From Eledone cirrhosa (taxonomy: Eukaryota): a stretch of 64,000 nt of DNA. A program made the position numbers and the translations under genes. The stretch is from assembly GCA_964016885.1 (NCBI GenBank), contig OZ024745.1, positions 115,568,001-115,632,000 of the forward strand, read 5' to 3'. The notes under the pieces are model-generated. The model worked only from the letters and a program-made list of their open reading frames with translations, did no database searches and was not told where the DNA came from. Positions 8,440 through 21,279 of the stretch are shown here, one piece after another. Position 1 is the first letter of the stretch. Each line of letters begins with the position of its first letter.

Positions 8440-10628
8440 GTCCAAATTATGGGTCTTGACCGACCTGCGTTCGAACGAAACTTTTAACTCTCTCTTGAAT
8501 CATGATCTTATAAAAATGGCCTCCGACGAGATAAATTGGCGCAGCCGAACTGAAAATCAGTCTGTTGAAACTTTGTGGCGAGAAATAAAGGAAATTCTAC
8601 TTGGGCTAACAGAAATGGCAGTGCCGCTGAGAACGCCAAAACGCAAGAAACACAAACCCTGGATAACAAAGACAATTATCCGCGAACGGAAGTTAAGAAA
8701 CGCTGCTTGGGGGGCACTATCAAGAGACCATGTCTGCGGCGGCATTTGAAGTCTACAGAAAGCAGCGAAATCATGTCGAGCATATTTCCAGAATTGGAAG
8801 GCAAAATTTTGAAAAGGAACTTGCAAATGATGCCGGTTGTAATCCAAAGCGATTTTATACTCACGTGCAGAGAAATCAAAAACTGAATAACCAAATTGTC
8901 ACTCTCCGAAACCCCGAAGGTGCAGTTATTGAACACGCTGACCAACAAGCTTCTCTTTTGGCCGATGTTTTCGCAAATATCTTCAAGGAAGACGATGGCA
9001 GAGAACCTCCAAATCTAAACATGATCGCCCCACCAATACAGCCAACCACCGTCAGACCGGACGAGGTGGAAAAGTTGCTTTTGTCCTTAGATGTGAATAA
9101 GGGGCATGGTCCAGACGGTCTACAACCAGCGATTTTGGGTGCAGTTGCACCCAACCCTGCTAAACCTCTAGCCACACCATTCAACCTGTCATTGGCTACC
9201 AGAGTTGTTCCTGCCGACTGGAAAGTAGCTATAATTTGCCCTATCTTTAAAAAAGGCGACAAAGAAGATCCGGGGAACTACAGACCCGTGAGCCTCACCT
9301 CAATTGTCTGTAAGTCCTTGGAATCTCTAATCAAGCGGGCAATTATGGCTCATCTTGCGTCTTTCACTGCCATCTCTCCATCTCAACACGGTTTCATCCT
9401 GAAACCTTTCTGTCTTACAAACCTACTCGTGATGGAAGAAGGGGTGACGAGGATAGTGTACGATGGAGATGCGGCCGATATTATCTTTCTCGAATTAGCC
9501 AAAGCCTTTCACTCTGTCAACCACCGCCTGCTCCTGTATAAGCTAAGCAACTACGGTCTCCATCACTCGATTATAAAGTGGATTGGATAATTTTTTGAGG
9601 GTCGTACTTGCAGAGTTCGGATCAATGGTAGTCTGTCCTCGGGGGTGGATGTAGGCAGCGGCGTTCCCCAGGGCTCTGTGTTGGGCCCAATTCTCTTCCT
9701 TCTATGCATCAACGACATGCCGGACGTGATTGGTGGAAACGTGCTTCTATTTGCAGATGATGTGAAAATGGTAGCCCGTAGGAGCGAGATCGACAATCTC
9801 AAGTCTAGCCTCCAGCGCGCCTGGAGTTGGGCCATTGACTGGGATTTATACCTCAATGTCGATAAGTGTTGCCATATGACAGTGACTACACCTTATAACT
9901 CAGCTCTTACCTTCAACGGTGGCACTGCTCCTTTGAAGGAGGTTGAGGAGACTAAAGATCTTGGTCTGCTGGTCGACTCGTACTTCAAACCATCAAAACA
10001 TTGCATTCAAGCCGCAAACAAGGCAAGGAGCTCTCTTTTTCTTATTTGACGCTCCTTTGCCAAACTCACTCCAGAAATTTTCAGGCCTCTCTATGCCGCC
10101 CTCATGAGACCGCACCTAGAATATGGCATCCAAGCATCAAACCCATATCTCATCCGGGATATCCATCACTTAGAGAGTTCAACGACTAGCGACTCGAATG
10201 GTACAGGGTCTTCATGAGCTGCCCTACGAAAGCCAGTTGCAGAAGCTGAACCTCTTCTCCTTGGAGCGTCGACGGCTAAGAGGCGATCTCATTTTGGCTT
10301 ACAATCTCTTCAATGGCCATTACGATCTCCCTCAAGATCTCCTATTCACTCCGGCACTTGAAAGGGGTCTACGCGGACATGACAAAAAGCTGTTTCACCG
10401 CCACTTTCGCCTAAATAGACGGAAAGCTGCTTTCTCGATCCGCATCTCTGGACCCTAGAATCGGCTTCCAGAAGAAGTAGTCAACGCGTCAACCACGCAA
10501 CAATTCAAGGCGAAATTGGACCGGTGTTGGACCACTGTGTTTCCGCTTGTGTAAATTTGCCCCCCCCCCCTTCCATGGCATCTGAAGCATCTATGTTTTA
10601 ATTTCTGCCAAATATATTGAATTGAATT
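8440..10628 (+). mobile_element. CR1-clade LINE, 5'-truncated, with stops and frameshifts
   Basis: KPWIT, GPDGL, PIFKKGD...[36 protein letters not shown] and LRGH motifs. Ends in ttgaattgaatt. Confidence 0.93.
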
Positions 10629-10729
10629 TTCTAGGTGCCGCTTACTTTCTGCGAGCGCAAAGTTCTCGGGGGACTGAATTAATGCCCTGCCTGTGGCAAA
10701 CCTTGCTAGTCTTAGTCATGACCAGCTCC

Positions 10730-10820
10730 GTATCTCTTCAACTTTTTCGTGCAGGTCATCGACGAAACCTCTGGTATCTTTAGTGTTCGAACTGCCGTTT
10801 TCTTCAGCAATATTGATAGG
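10730..10820 (+). pseudogene. Continuation of the CRE-like endonuclease fragment
   Basis: FNFFVQVIDETSGIFSVRTAVFFSNIDR resembles the F.P.avETsG.fG segment that follows the 8226-8415 fragment. Confidence 0.5.
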
Positions 10821-10823
10821 AGT

Positions 10824-10940
10824 GTGGTGACCTACATTCCGCGGGCTCACATACATCCTCTTCTACTGGCGTTGATTGGCTGAGCTGAGCCAAATCACGC
10901 ATAGAGAATGTATGTGAGCCCGCGGAATGTAGGTCACTAC
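10824..10940. mobile_element. Hairpin MITE-like element
   Basis: ~33-bp TIRs gtggtgacctacattccgcgggctcacatacat / atgtatgtgagcccgcggaatgtaggtcactac, plus an inner IR. aggagt occurs on both sides (candidate TSD). Confidence 0.8.
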
Positions 10941-11700
10941 AGGAGTGTAGCGAAATCTGTCCACACCTTGACCCCTGGGCTACCTTTAAACAAGTCTGAG
11001 AGTGGATGACCAGGGGACAGAGAAAGCGGCAGATATAAATAGCCTGTCTTAGATCAGGCGGCAATCAGTTCAAAGCAGTTCTTGATAGAGTAAACATGTA
11101 AATCATTTGCTTTCTACAGACAACTTGGGGTCTTACAGACTCTTATATTCTCTTACTCTCTCTCTCTTTCACTCAGCCTCTATCTCTTGGTCTCTCTCTT
11201 AACAAAACCAGTGAAGTTCATAAAGTTTTCTTGGTAAATACGACTTTAACTCTACTTTTACAAACCAAATAACGTACATAATTCTTGTCTATTTTTCGTA
11301 TAGGTCCGGCATAAGCTATTTTCAATAAATTAATATTATAGAGGTTTGGTGCCATCACGGTTCATATAATATTCATGTTCTGCATGATCAAAGAACTATC
11401 ATCTCATCATCTTATTGAACATGTAGTGACCCCTTGGGTCGAGAAGGCGAGTTAATGAGAGTTACGTCCCATGGATACTATGCCCTTAATATGTTCACTC
11501 CACATGGTGTGGGTGAAATGAAAGGTGGGAGAAGGTAAAATTACATCTTAACTCCTGGACGGCTAGCTTTGTAAGAGAGCGGGTACTTTCAGTTTCTCAT
11601 CTCTCTCTCAGGCGACTTCAACTTCGGAGCAGAAAGCCAATAACACCATGTGGAGACTAACTTTTTCTCTCACCTCGTCGCCAATTCTACAACTAATAAT

Positions 11701-11882
11701 TGTTTCTACTTTTGGCACAAGGCCAGCAATTACCTAGTGTATTACTGGTACTTTATTTTATCGACCCCGTAAGGATGAAAGGCAAAGTTAACCTCGGCGG
11801 GATTTGAACTCAGAATGGAAAGGGCCGTAACTCTTTGCGTCAAAGCATGGCGTACGACCCTCTACCAATACTGCCAATCCAA
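11701..11882 (-). mobile_element. tRNA-derived SINE family 1 with TSD
   Basis: A box TGGCAGTATTGG, B box GAGTTCAAATCC, body ...tttcatccttacggggtcgataaaataaagtaccag. Flanking repeat ttctacaactaataat. Confidence 0.9.
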
Positions 11883-12572
11883 CGACTTCTACAACTAATA
11901 ATACCAATTAGACATATTATATTATTTCAAAAGGTATGTCTTATTTCCAAGTTGTAACACGCACTCATAACAATAAAGTTGAGACAATTATAGACACTCG
12001 TGTGAGATATTTCAGCATGTTTCATTTAATTACTTTATTCCTAAATTGATGACCAAATAACGTAAACACTAAATAAAATCGACGAACTTTCATGCTCGTT
12101 AAAAACACTTACTCACTTACCTGCAGACATGCAACTTCTGGTCATACTGTATCACACAACAGTGACCACACGACACAAGTGAGCACACACGCAACAAACG
12201 AATCAACACAACACAATCAACTAACCAACACGACCATCCAAAACATCGCTATAGGAGTGCCCCCCCCCCCCCCCCCCCCCCCGAGGAAGAATCTCCACAA
12301 ATTGGAGTGGTTGAAGCAGTGGGTGTCGCTGGCTGTTCTTTGTGGTAATACTTTCAGTTTCTTGGCCTCACTGCGCAGCTGAAATACAACACATTCACTG
12401 GGATGCAGATTTCTCTCGCTTCTTCTAACTTTCCCTATATTATTGCAAACATAATATAATCTACCTGAAACTTATTGAATACAGATTTATAAACCCAAAT
12501 GTACTGATGTTAAAGCCTAACTTCTCATAACAATTGTTGTCCGACGCTCTACCGATATCGCCAACTCATATT

Positions 12573-13030
12573 AATTGTTTCTACTTTTGGCACAAGGCCA
12601 GCAATTTGAAGGAAGAGGAAAATCGATTAAATCGACCCCAGTGCGTTATTTTATCGACCCCGCAAGAACGAAAGGCAAATCTAATCTCGGCGGGATTTGA
12701 ACTCAGTAAGTAAAGGGACAAAACATGTTGTCCGACGCTCTACCGATACTGACAATAATAGTGGTTTCTACTTTTGGCACACGGCCAGCAAAACCCAGTA
12801 TATTACTGGTACTTTATTTTATCGACCCCGTAAGGATGAAAGACAAAGTTAACTTCGGCCGGATTTAAACTCAGACCGTAAAGGGGATGGTTTCTGATTT
12901 AGGTACAAGGCCAATAATTTGTGGGGAGGGGAAAGTCGATTAAATCGATCCTAGTGTATTACTGGTACTTTATTTTATCGACACCGTAAGAATGAAAGGC
13001 AAAGTTAGCCTCGGCGGGATTTGAACTCGA
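12573..13030 (-). mobile_element. Cluster of three SINE family 1 copies
   Basis: Three tandem copies of ggcacaaggccagcaa...ttatcgacccc...gggatttgaactc. Confidence 0.85.
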
Positions 13031-13707
13031 TAACAAAAAAGAAAGAAAAGGTTATGGGGAAATGGAAGAGGCAATATTTTTGTGCATTTATTCATAGCAA
13101 CAATAAAGAGGCAGTGACGGTGGGAGTTTTGTTTGTGTTCGAACCTACTGTATATTTTTTCACGGACACGCAAATTATTTCATTATCTAGCTACCAGTAA
13201 TGCACTGGTAATTGCTGGCCTTGTGCCTAAAGTAGAAACAATTATCGAGCTATCAGTAACCTCTCATAAATAGGTCACTAGTTTATGTTAAGTAATTTAC
13301 CAAACCGTATATATATATAAATAAAAATAAAAATACAAATAAATAAATATATATATAGTTTTGTAATAAACATAAGGCAATTATTTCATTTACCACTGGT
13401 TTCTTAAAAGCAAACAAATTTTGCTTTCAATCATCAGAATGAAAAAAATCCAGGTGTATTTATTGACATTGGATTTTAAAAACAAAAATATAATCTATAT
13501 GAAAGTGAGGCTGGAAAAGGAAGATAAGTTGTGTTGGAAGGAGTAGGTATATTTTTGATTGAATAATCCAATTCATAAAGGTCCATGGTGTATGTTGGTT
13601 AAATTCCTGAAAATTGTAGAGTGCTCAACTAATCCGGCTGGAAAGTGCCTGTAACCTACATAGAGCGCTCTTTTTTCCTGGACCTTTCCGACGGAATTAC
13701 TACATTT

Positions 13708-13749
<42 letters not shown>

Positions 13750-14771
13750 CTACCTTCTGTTATTAATCCTTTCGTCTGAAGACTGCCACACAGTGGCTTA
13801 TATAGACACAATGCATATTTAATTATAAACAAATCAATTACAAATTATCAGCAACATATAACTGTTACTCTGCAGATACCGATAAAAAGCTTATCTCACA
13901 TAGTTTATTTGTTATATTACAATCTTACCTTCTTTGGAAGAAGAGTTTTGTATTTATTTTGGATCTTATTCGCTTTAAGGTACTGCACATTTTTGTTTCA
14001 TTTCTCTTTGTCATGTTCGCTACTGATATTCTAAATGTAACTAATATTTTACACGATATAAATTATACACTTCGAATTGAATTTATCTTATTGTGGAAAT
14101 GTATTAGACAATGGTAATATAGCTTATTTTGCTTATTTAAAACAGATTATTAACCCGTTGTTACCCAACTGGTTTTTCGATAAATTAATGTTTTTGTAAC
14201 ATATATTTAGTTACGCCGAGTATATTTTTTCATCATGTGTACATACGCAAAACGTCTACTTTTTTTTTCATTTTAGTTTTCGTAGCCTAAACTTGATTAG
14301 AAATGAATGGTGAATATTTATCATAAATTTATAGAAAATCGCTCCTCAGCTTTCCGGTGGAAAATTGTTCTTTTTCGTAGTTTTTTTCCCCTGTTTTCAA
14401 TGAATCTAATTTCTATATCGGACGAAGGGGGAAGAGAGGACACTCGAGGATTCGCACCCTCGGAATTTTTTTTATTGGAAATTTTTTTCCCTATTGAATT
14501 TATCTTTTAAAACAGTTGGAAATTATTTGCTTTTTACTTAACCGTACCTCACGACAAATGTCGGGATGTTGCGGTGGCGTGGATGAAGGGTTTGGATTAG
14601 GGACGCATTTGGTTAGATTCGTAGAAAACACGAAAAAAAAAAATAAAAAAGAAAGCTAGGCAAAAGAACAATTTTCTCACCGAACGAGATGTTTTTCTGT
14701 AAATTTATCATATCGAATTTTAGCAATTCCATGCAAGGAACAAAATCGCACCTGTCAGTTAATACTACACG

Positions 14772-14844
14772 CAGGTGCACACACACACATTCCCTTTACA
14801 CATCAAAACGATGTGTAAAGGGAATGTGTGTGTGTGTGCACCTG
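14772..14844. repeat. Hairpin with 5-nt loop inside an older imperfect inverted repeat
   Basis: caggtgcacacacacacattccctttacacatc aaaac gatgtgtaaagggaatgtgtgtgtgtgtgcacctg. The flanks (aacaaaatcg / cgattttgtc) are also complementary. Confidence 0.85.
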
Positions 14845-15284
14845 AAAGAGCAGAAATTGACATTGTAACGATTTTGTCTTTTGGATGAACATTGGTTACT
14901 GAAAATATTTTGGCTACAATTATTTGCATGAAATTAAAAAAAAAGACATATTAATTTAAACTAAATAAACGAAACAACAAATTATGCGGCACGGCCAAGG
15001 CCAGCTAGCTTGAATCAAGAAAAATAAACCTGTAAATTATAAATATTAATATATTTTAGAGAATTCCAATTGAAATTAATCGTAAATCCATGCATATAGT
15101 AAAATATATATGAATGTGTATAACGAAGTAAAGCAATTTTTATGTAGATTAATAAACAGTAATAGGATAGAAAAAGAATATTGAAATGTCGAAACAGAAA
15201 GTGGTCTCATAATTCGGCATGTGATTTTTGTTGTTCTTTTTATCTTGCCTCTTGTCAACATTGACTTGAATATTTATTACTATA

Positions 15285-15945
15285 ACTGTTTCTACGTTTG
15301 GCACAAGGCCAGCAAAACACCCAGTGCATTACTGGTACTTTATTTTATCGACCCCATAAGGATGAAAGTTAACCTCGGCGGGATTTGAACTCAGAATGGC
15401 AAGGGCCGTAACTCTATACGTCAAAGCATGGCGTCCGACCCTCTACCGATACTGCCAATCCATAAAAATAATAATTTAATTCTTTCTAACATTGGCACAA
15501 GGCCAGCAATTTGACGGAAGGGTAAAGTTGATTATATCGACCAATTGACCCTTGTGATGTGTGACTGATTGACATACTTGGTGGTGAATAGATCTTTTTG
15601 TGTTTTTCTCTCTCGCTTTGATTTTATAAATGATCAAAGCGAGAATTATAATCTGTAATGTTATTTATATAGATATAACTATCTATTCACAGTTGTATAA
15701 ATAACATTACAGATTATAATTCTCGCTTTGATCATTTATAAGATCAAAGCGAGAATTATAATCTGTAATGTTATTTATACAACTGTGAATAGATATAACT
15801 TTAAAAAAAATACTTAACTCCAACTTTATTTTATCGACCCCATAAGGGCGAAAGGCAAAGCAAACCTCTGCGAGATTTGAACTCAGAACGTAAAGGGTCA
15901 TAAACTATGTTGTCCGACGCTCTACCGATACTGCCAACCCACCGC
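15285..15945 (-). mobile_element. Two SINE family 1 copies, the second split by a foldback insertion
   Basis: Copy at 15285-15462. The second copy has its tail at 15481-15542 and its head at 15823-15945. Confidence 0.8.
15611..15795. repeat. Nested multi-foldback repeat
   Basis: The segment gatcaaagcgagaattataatctgtaatgttatttata occurs in alternating orientations (-,+,-,+), the first copy partial. Confidence 0.9.
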
Positions 15946-15969
15946 CTTTATAATGATAGTAATAATAAA

Positions 15970-16315
15970 GACAGCTAAAAAATCTAAGATCAACCACATT
16001 TTGTTCATGTGTACTCTTAAGCTTTTTGGGACTAATTAGAGAGGCCACAAAAGTAGAATTAAGAAAACCTATGCTGAACAGAAAAAGTGAATGGAATAAC
16101 CATAACCATACACAAACACACACTAGTGACCAAAGGTAGAATATAAACACATAAACACACACAGACTCAGACACAAGCACATATACACACACAAATGCAT
16201 GCACAAACAGAAAAAAAAAATAAATAGATAAAATAAAAAACATATAGGAACACAACGTTAGAAAACATGATAATCACTGAGGATGTCACAGATATGTGTG
16301 TTGAAAGAACTTTGA
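15970..16315 (+). mobile_element. Decayed Penelope-like 3' end with hammerhead-like motif
   Basis: LIREATKVELRKPMLNRKSEW (GIY-YIG C-terminus-like), then tca CTGAGGA tgtcaca-gata-tgtgtgtt GAAA gaac tt tga at 16274-16315. Confidence 0.55.
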
Positions 16316-16863
16316 AAAACTATATTTATTTTTTAATTGTTGGTCAATGATAAACATTGATTGCCAGCTAAATTGTTTATAGAAATATAAAAATATACTG
16401 AAGCGAAAACCAAACCAAACAATGAATGGATGCCCTTCCTAACACCAACCTCATTTACAGTGAGTGCTGGATGCTTTTTTGCCGTGGCACCTCCACGACC
16501 ACTTTCTGGTAATATTAGGTCAACATGACATTACCCAAATATAAGAGAGCCAAAATAGAAGAAAAACAAACATACTGGAATGACAAAGATAGTATTGGCA
16601 ATTTACTAGAAATATGAAAAACAGCATGGATGAGCATCAGTCAGAGAAGTGGATGCAACAATCAGTTGTAAATGTTGAAACTGAGGTGCTAATCTCTGCA
16701 ACTCAAGAACACTTAGACAAATTATATGAAATGCTACATTGATAAGTAGTAAAAAAAAGCTAAAAGCATTTGCCTTGTATTAAGGATATGCAGTCAACTT
16801 GCACAAAGAGAAGATTAAAGGGGACAACATAGAATGCATTGATTATTAGAAAATATGTAGTGA

Positions 16864-17225
16864 CGGCACATGGATTAGTGGTTAGAGCATTGGGCTTGCA
16901 GTTGAGAGGTTGTGAGTTTGCTTCTTGGTCCGGGTGTTGTGCTGTGTCCTTGAGCAAGACACTTTATTTCATGTTGCTCCAGTTTACTCAGCTATAGAAA
17001 TGAGTTGCGACGTCACTGGTACCAAACTGTATTGATCATTGCCTTTCTCTTGGACAATATCAGTGGCGTGGAGAGGGGAGGCTGGTATGCATGGGCGACT
17101 ACTGGTCTTCCACAAAACAAACCTTGCCCAGGCTTGTGCCTCAGAGGGAAACTTTCTAGGTGCAAAGCCATGGTCATTTGTGACCAAGTGAGGCCTTCAA
17201 AAGATGTCATCATCATCATCATCAT
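16864..17225 (+). mobile_element. tRNA-derived SINE family 2 (CORE-like body)
   Basis: ggcacatggattagtggttagagc head, gtgtccttgagcaagacactt core, (CAT)n tail. Confidence 0.85.
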
Positions 17226-17550
17226 TTCATTTTACGTCCGCTTTTCTCTGCTTGCAAGGGTGGGACGGGAACTGATTCTGGCTTAATTTCTACAGCTGGA
17301 TGCCCTTCCTAACACCAACCTCATTTACAGTGAGTGCTGGATGCTTTTTTGCCGTGGCACCTCCACGACCACTTTGCAGTGGAATGATATGGACCCCAGT
17401 CCCTATCATCTCATTTCTATAGCTGAGTAAACTGGAGCAATGTGAAATAAAGTTTCTTGCTCAAGGAAACAACACATCACCCGGTCTGAGAATTGAACTC
17501 ACAACCTTTCGATTGCAAGGCCAATGCTCTAAACATTAAGCCATGTGCCA
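17226..17550 (-). mobile_element. SINE family 2 with RTE-like tail
   Basis: Near-identical reverse complement of 22743-23070 and 51559-51925. Confidence 0.9.
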
Positions 17551-18539
17551 TGTGGAAAATATAATTTAGACAGAGCTGATAGTGGTAGAAAATGAGGAAA
17601 TAAAATTCTTGTGAGATTTCAATATTTTATGTAATCAAATAAAACTAGAAGGCCTGTTATTGTTATTAAAAACTTGTGTTGCTTCACTGGGTGACAACAG
17701 AGTGTGTGAGAAAGAACAGGAAAAAATAAATACCAGGATCTGAAAAGAGAAATTGCAAGAGTGTGAACTATAAAAAATGTTGAAATTATGTCAGTCATAG
17801 TGGGAAACCTTGGTGCAATCATGAAGGAAATGAAATCATGGTTGGAGAAGATTGGGATCAACAGAAGTATTACAGAAAATCATAGAACAACATGGAACGT
17901 GCTAAAAATTGAACTGATCAAAGAATCTCAAATGACCATTATTATTTACCTTATTCTTGAGGAATTAGGTAATTAAGATGTGTAAAAAAACCCTGTATAC
18001 ATTAATCATTTAATGTCTGTTTTACTTGCTAGCAAGGGTTGGATGGGTCATCAAAGATCTAATCAGTACTTAATCTTTCTGAGCAGCTAGGGTCTGCATT
18101 TCACTCCTCTATTTTCTCCCCTAGGGCCACATGGGTCACATATGTGTTATCTGAGGGCCACACATGACATCTAATTGAGCACATTACAACTATTTTTTTT
18201 TCATTTTATATTACAAAGATAAAACATGTTCGCGCTGTAAAAATCTTTGTAAGGGACACGGGTATGCTTATAAAGGGACGCATGTTTGACATGCCTGCTC
18301 TTCAGAATGTGTCGGGTGCATTTTATATCACTAGAGAGGGTTTCGTGTCTTTGACACAACCAAAGGGTCAGTTTGGTAAGTTTTCTATGGCTGGATGCTC
18401 TTCCTACCAACAACTACTTTGTAGAGTGTACCGGGAGATTTCTGTGTCATTGACACAACTGAACAATCCCCTCAACCCTTTTTTTGGCATGTTTTCTACT
18501 GCTGGATGCTAGGTAAAGTCATTAATTATACAGATAATA

Positions 18540-18732
18540 GGGTGGTGGATTGGCAGTATCGTTAGAGGGTTGGACGCCATGCTTTGCAGCAAAGAGTTAC
18601 GGCCCTTTATGGTCTGAGTTCAAATCCCGCTGGGGTTAACTTTGCCTTTCATCCTTACGGGGTTGATAAAATAAAGTACCAGAAATACACTGGGTAATTG
18701 CTGGCCTAGTGTCAAAATTAGTAACAATTAAT
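18540..18732 (+). mobile_element. SINE family 1
   Basis: gggtggtggattggcagtatc...gagttcaaatccc...gtaacaatta. Confidence 0.85.
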
Positions 18733-21214
18733 TATACACATAAAATTCAGATATAATCTAGTTGCTCTCTATCTTCTAAATATAGTTAGCAACATATCAC
18801 AAGCTTATATAAACATAGCAAAACCAAAACTCTTGTCAGAACCTGTATCATCCTATACCAAGAAAACCAAACAGAGGCCAACAATTAGAACACATTTGCA
18901 GGAAATAACATGAAACGAAAGCACTCACCAGTGGTTGTTTGTTGCTTAGGCTAACTCATCAATCAGTCGTGGAAATCAAATGTGTACCAGCTGTCAAACA
19001 TCTTATCTTTTTTGAGGCATAGTTATTTAGCATGAAATAATTTGTGTTCTTATTTAGGATAGTGAGTTTTCATTTGCTTAAGATTTAGCTGCCATTATTT
19101 CTAATATGCAGTTGGTGAATTGGCAGAGTCGTTAGAACGTTGGATAGAATGCTTTATGGTATTCGTTCCTGGCCTCTGCTCTCTGAGTTCAAATCCTTTG
19201 CCTTTCATCCTTTCGAGGTCAATAAAAAAAGTTCCAGTCATGTACTGGGGTCGATTCTTCCTCTATATCTCTTTCTCATTTCCTCTCTCTCACTTTCTAT
19301 CCTTCTCTGCTGTGTTCTAACCTGAAGAGGGATGGGCTCTGTCAGGTTTAAATAAAAATACCCTAGAAATGCTGCATGTCAATACGGCACCTTTAAAACT
19401 CCTCCAGGATTTCTAACATGACAATCAATGATATACTAATTCTCTTGTTGACTTGTGGCACTAGAGGTTATCCTGTATTGTGTATTCTTTGAAAGACACT
19501 CTTTTTGTTCTTATCCTCCCAAAATAAATGTCAATCAATAATCTAACTCTATTTCAGGTAATTTGAGTGAGCAAAAATACCTCACAGGTATGTTTTGATT
19601 ATTAGATATGCAGTTGGGTCTCTTGTCTGTCATTATCTAAATTAGGTTTTGCATTGTAACCCTTTAGCATTTACATTACTCTATATATACAATTGTATTT
19701 TCATGGTAAAGGCTTTATCTTACATAATATCGAATCTATGAGATGTTGATATTATTTATTTTGAGAACAATACCTTTCTAGAGGAAATGTTTGCCTACAA
19801 ATTGCTTCGTTAATTCTTTTTAAAAATTCATTATATTACATGATTTACATATTTAATACCATATTGTATTTATGTTTAGTATAATGAACACTCCTTTGTT
19901 GTATTTTCCATTAGCCATATGATTAATATTGATAACCAGTGTCACTAGATTCACTATTTCTACCCAAACTTTGCCATTTCACCACCTATTTATTCTCAGA
20001 TAGACTGTATTAAAAAAACTGATAGGATGGTCACAACTAAAATTCTTTTGTTACAGGTGTACCCAATCAGGTCTGACTAAACAACATTTTGATGACCCTG
20101 TCAGATCCATATCTTTGATAAACTGAAAATTGCTAATATGCACCAGTATCCTACAAAATAAGAATAAATTCCTCATTATAAATTCCTCATTGTACAAACT
20201 GCACCAATAAAGCCTTTCTCATCCCAATGTGTATTACAGACTTCAACATATAACTGCCAAAATTGGCAATATCTTCACCCAAATACTGCTTTAAATACCA
20301 AATTCATGGCCCTATCACCAAATACCGATACTCATAATACAGCAATATTCCCTCTCTATCTTAAACTCTAATAAGAATTTACTTTTGGTAAGAACCTGTT
20401 TGAATGAGGAATGTAGTTATCACCACTCAGAAATAAATAAAAGAAGATTAATCAACAAACTCTGATTGAAAGAAAAAACTGAAAATCTAGAAACGCTCCA
20501 ATAATTAAAATAGACAGATCTGCCAAAATCACAAAACCAAACAAAATAGACAAGTACAACGAAATATTTTTGCAAAAGCATAAAATAAACCCAGTGAAAA
20601 TCTCTTTCTATTTTTTTTTTTTTTTTTTGCTGATCTATTTAGAAAACATGAAAGCCTTTAAATCTAAGTTTATAAAACAATTCCCCCCCGCCCCCCCCCA
20701 AAAAAAAAATTGACGTACACTCTGTAACAATCACTTATGTACTTTAAAAACTTTTATAACAATCACTAAATATTTAGAATTGGAAGACCAAAATAACATA
20801 TACATGTTATTTACTATAATATTTTCATGGTAAAATCTTTGCCTTACATAATTATCTCACATAATATCAAATCTATGAGATTTTGATATTATTTATTTTG
20901 AAAACAATACCTTAACATCGGCATGAGCAACCAGTTACAGCTGGTTTGAACAGAAAAAGGTGAGAGAATTCTGCTGGATATGACTAGTTTTAATGCTGAA
21001 GGGGTAATGCAAGATATTTGGTTATTTCTAACAAATCAAGGAACCACTTAGAGGTTCTCTCATTGGTTTGAATGTATTGTTGATTGATCAGGGGATTTAA
21101 GTAAATTCAATTTTTAACTTGAGCAGTTGTTGTTTTAATTATTGTAAAACTAAATATTACACTCTATTTTGTAGGTTATAATCAGTCACCACGTTGATAA
21201 ACTTTGCAGCCATA

Positions 21215-21279
21215 ATGTATCTAAAGATTGTTCTAATTAGCATCTCAGCCTTGATTCTCCAACATATATGCAGTTTTAT
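21215..21279 (+). CDS. PON: Paraoxonase/arylesterase (PON family), coding exon 1
   Basis: ATG 21215, MYLKIVLISISALILQHICSF (hydrophobic N-terminal anchor), donor gtaagt at 21280, phase 2. An upstream acceptor tttgtag ending 21174 implies an earlier non-coding exon. Confidence 0.8.

Larger units (their letters stand above)
16540..17980 (+). pseudogene. R4/Dong-like non-LTR relic interrupted by SINEs
   Basis: ETEVLISATQE at ~16680. ENEEIKFL*DFNI...RRP and KYQDLKREIAR...VIVGNLGAI at 17590-17860 match the REL domain. Confidence 0.7.

Noticed and set aside
10946-11360. Possible LTR with TATA, AATAAA and TGGTGCC PBS-like motif (also taca-g-TGGTCGCC at ~7766)
   Set aside because: No second LTR, TSD or gag/pol sequence to support it.
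13771-13890. Hammerhead-like CTGAAGA ctgc...gca GATAC
   Set aside because: The GAAA box is altered and helix I does not pair convincingly.
19558-19587. Possible 30-nt PON 5' UTR exon (ttcag|...|gtatgt)
   Set aside because: Splice signals alone are too common in this composition; needs RNA evidence.
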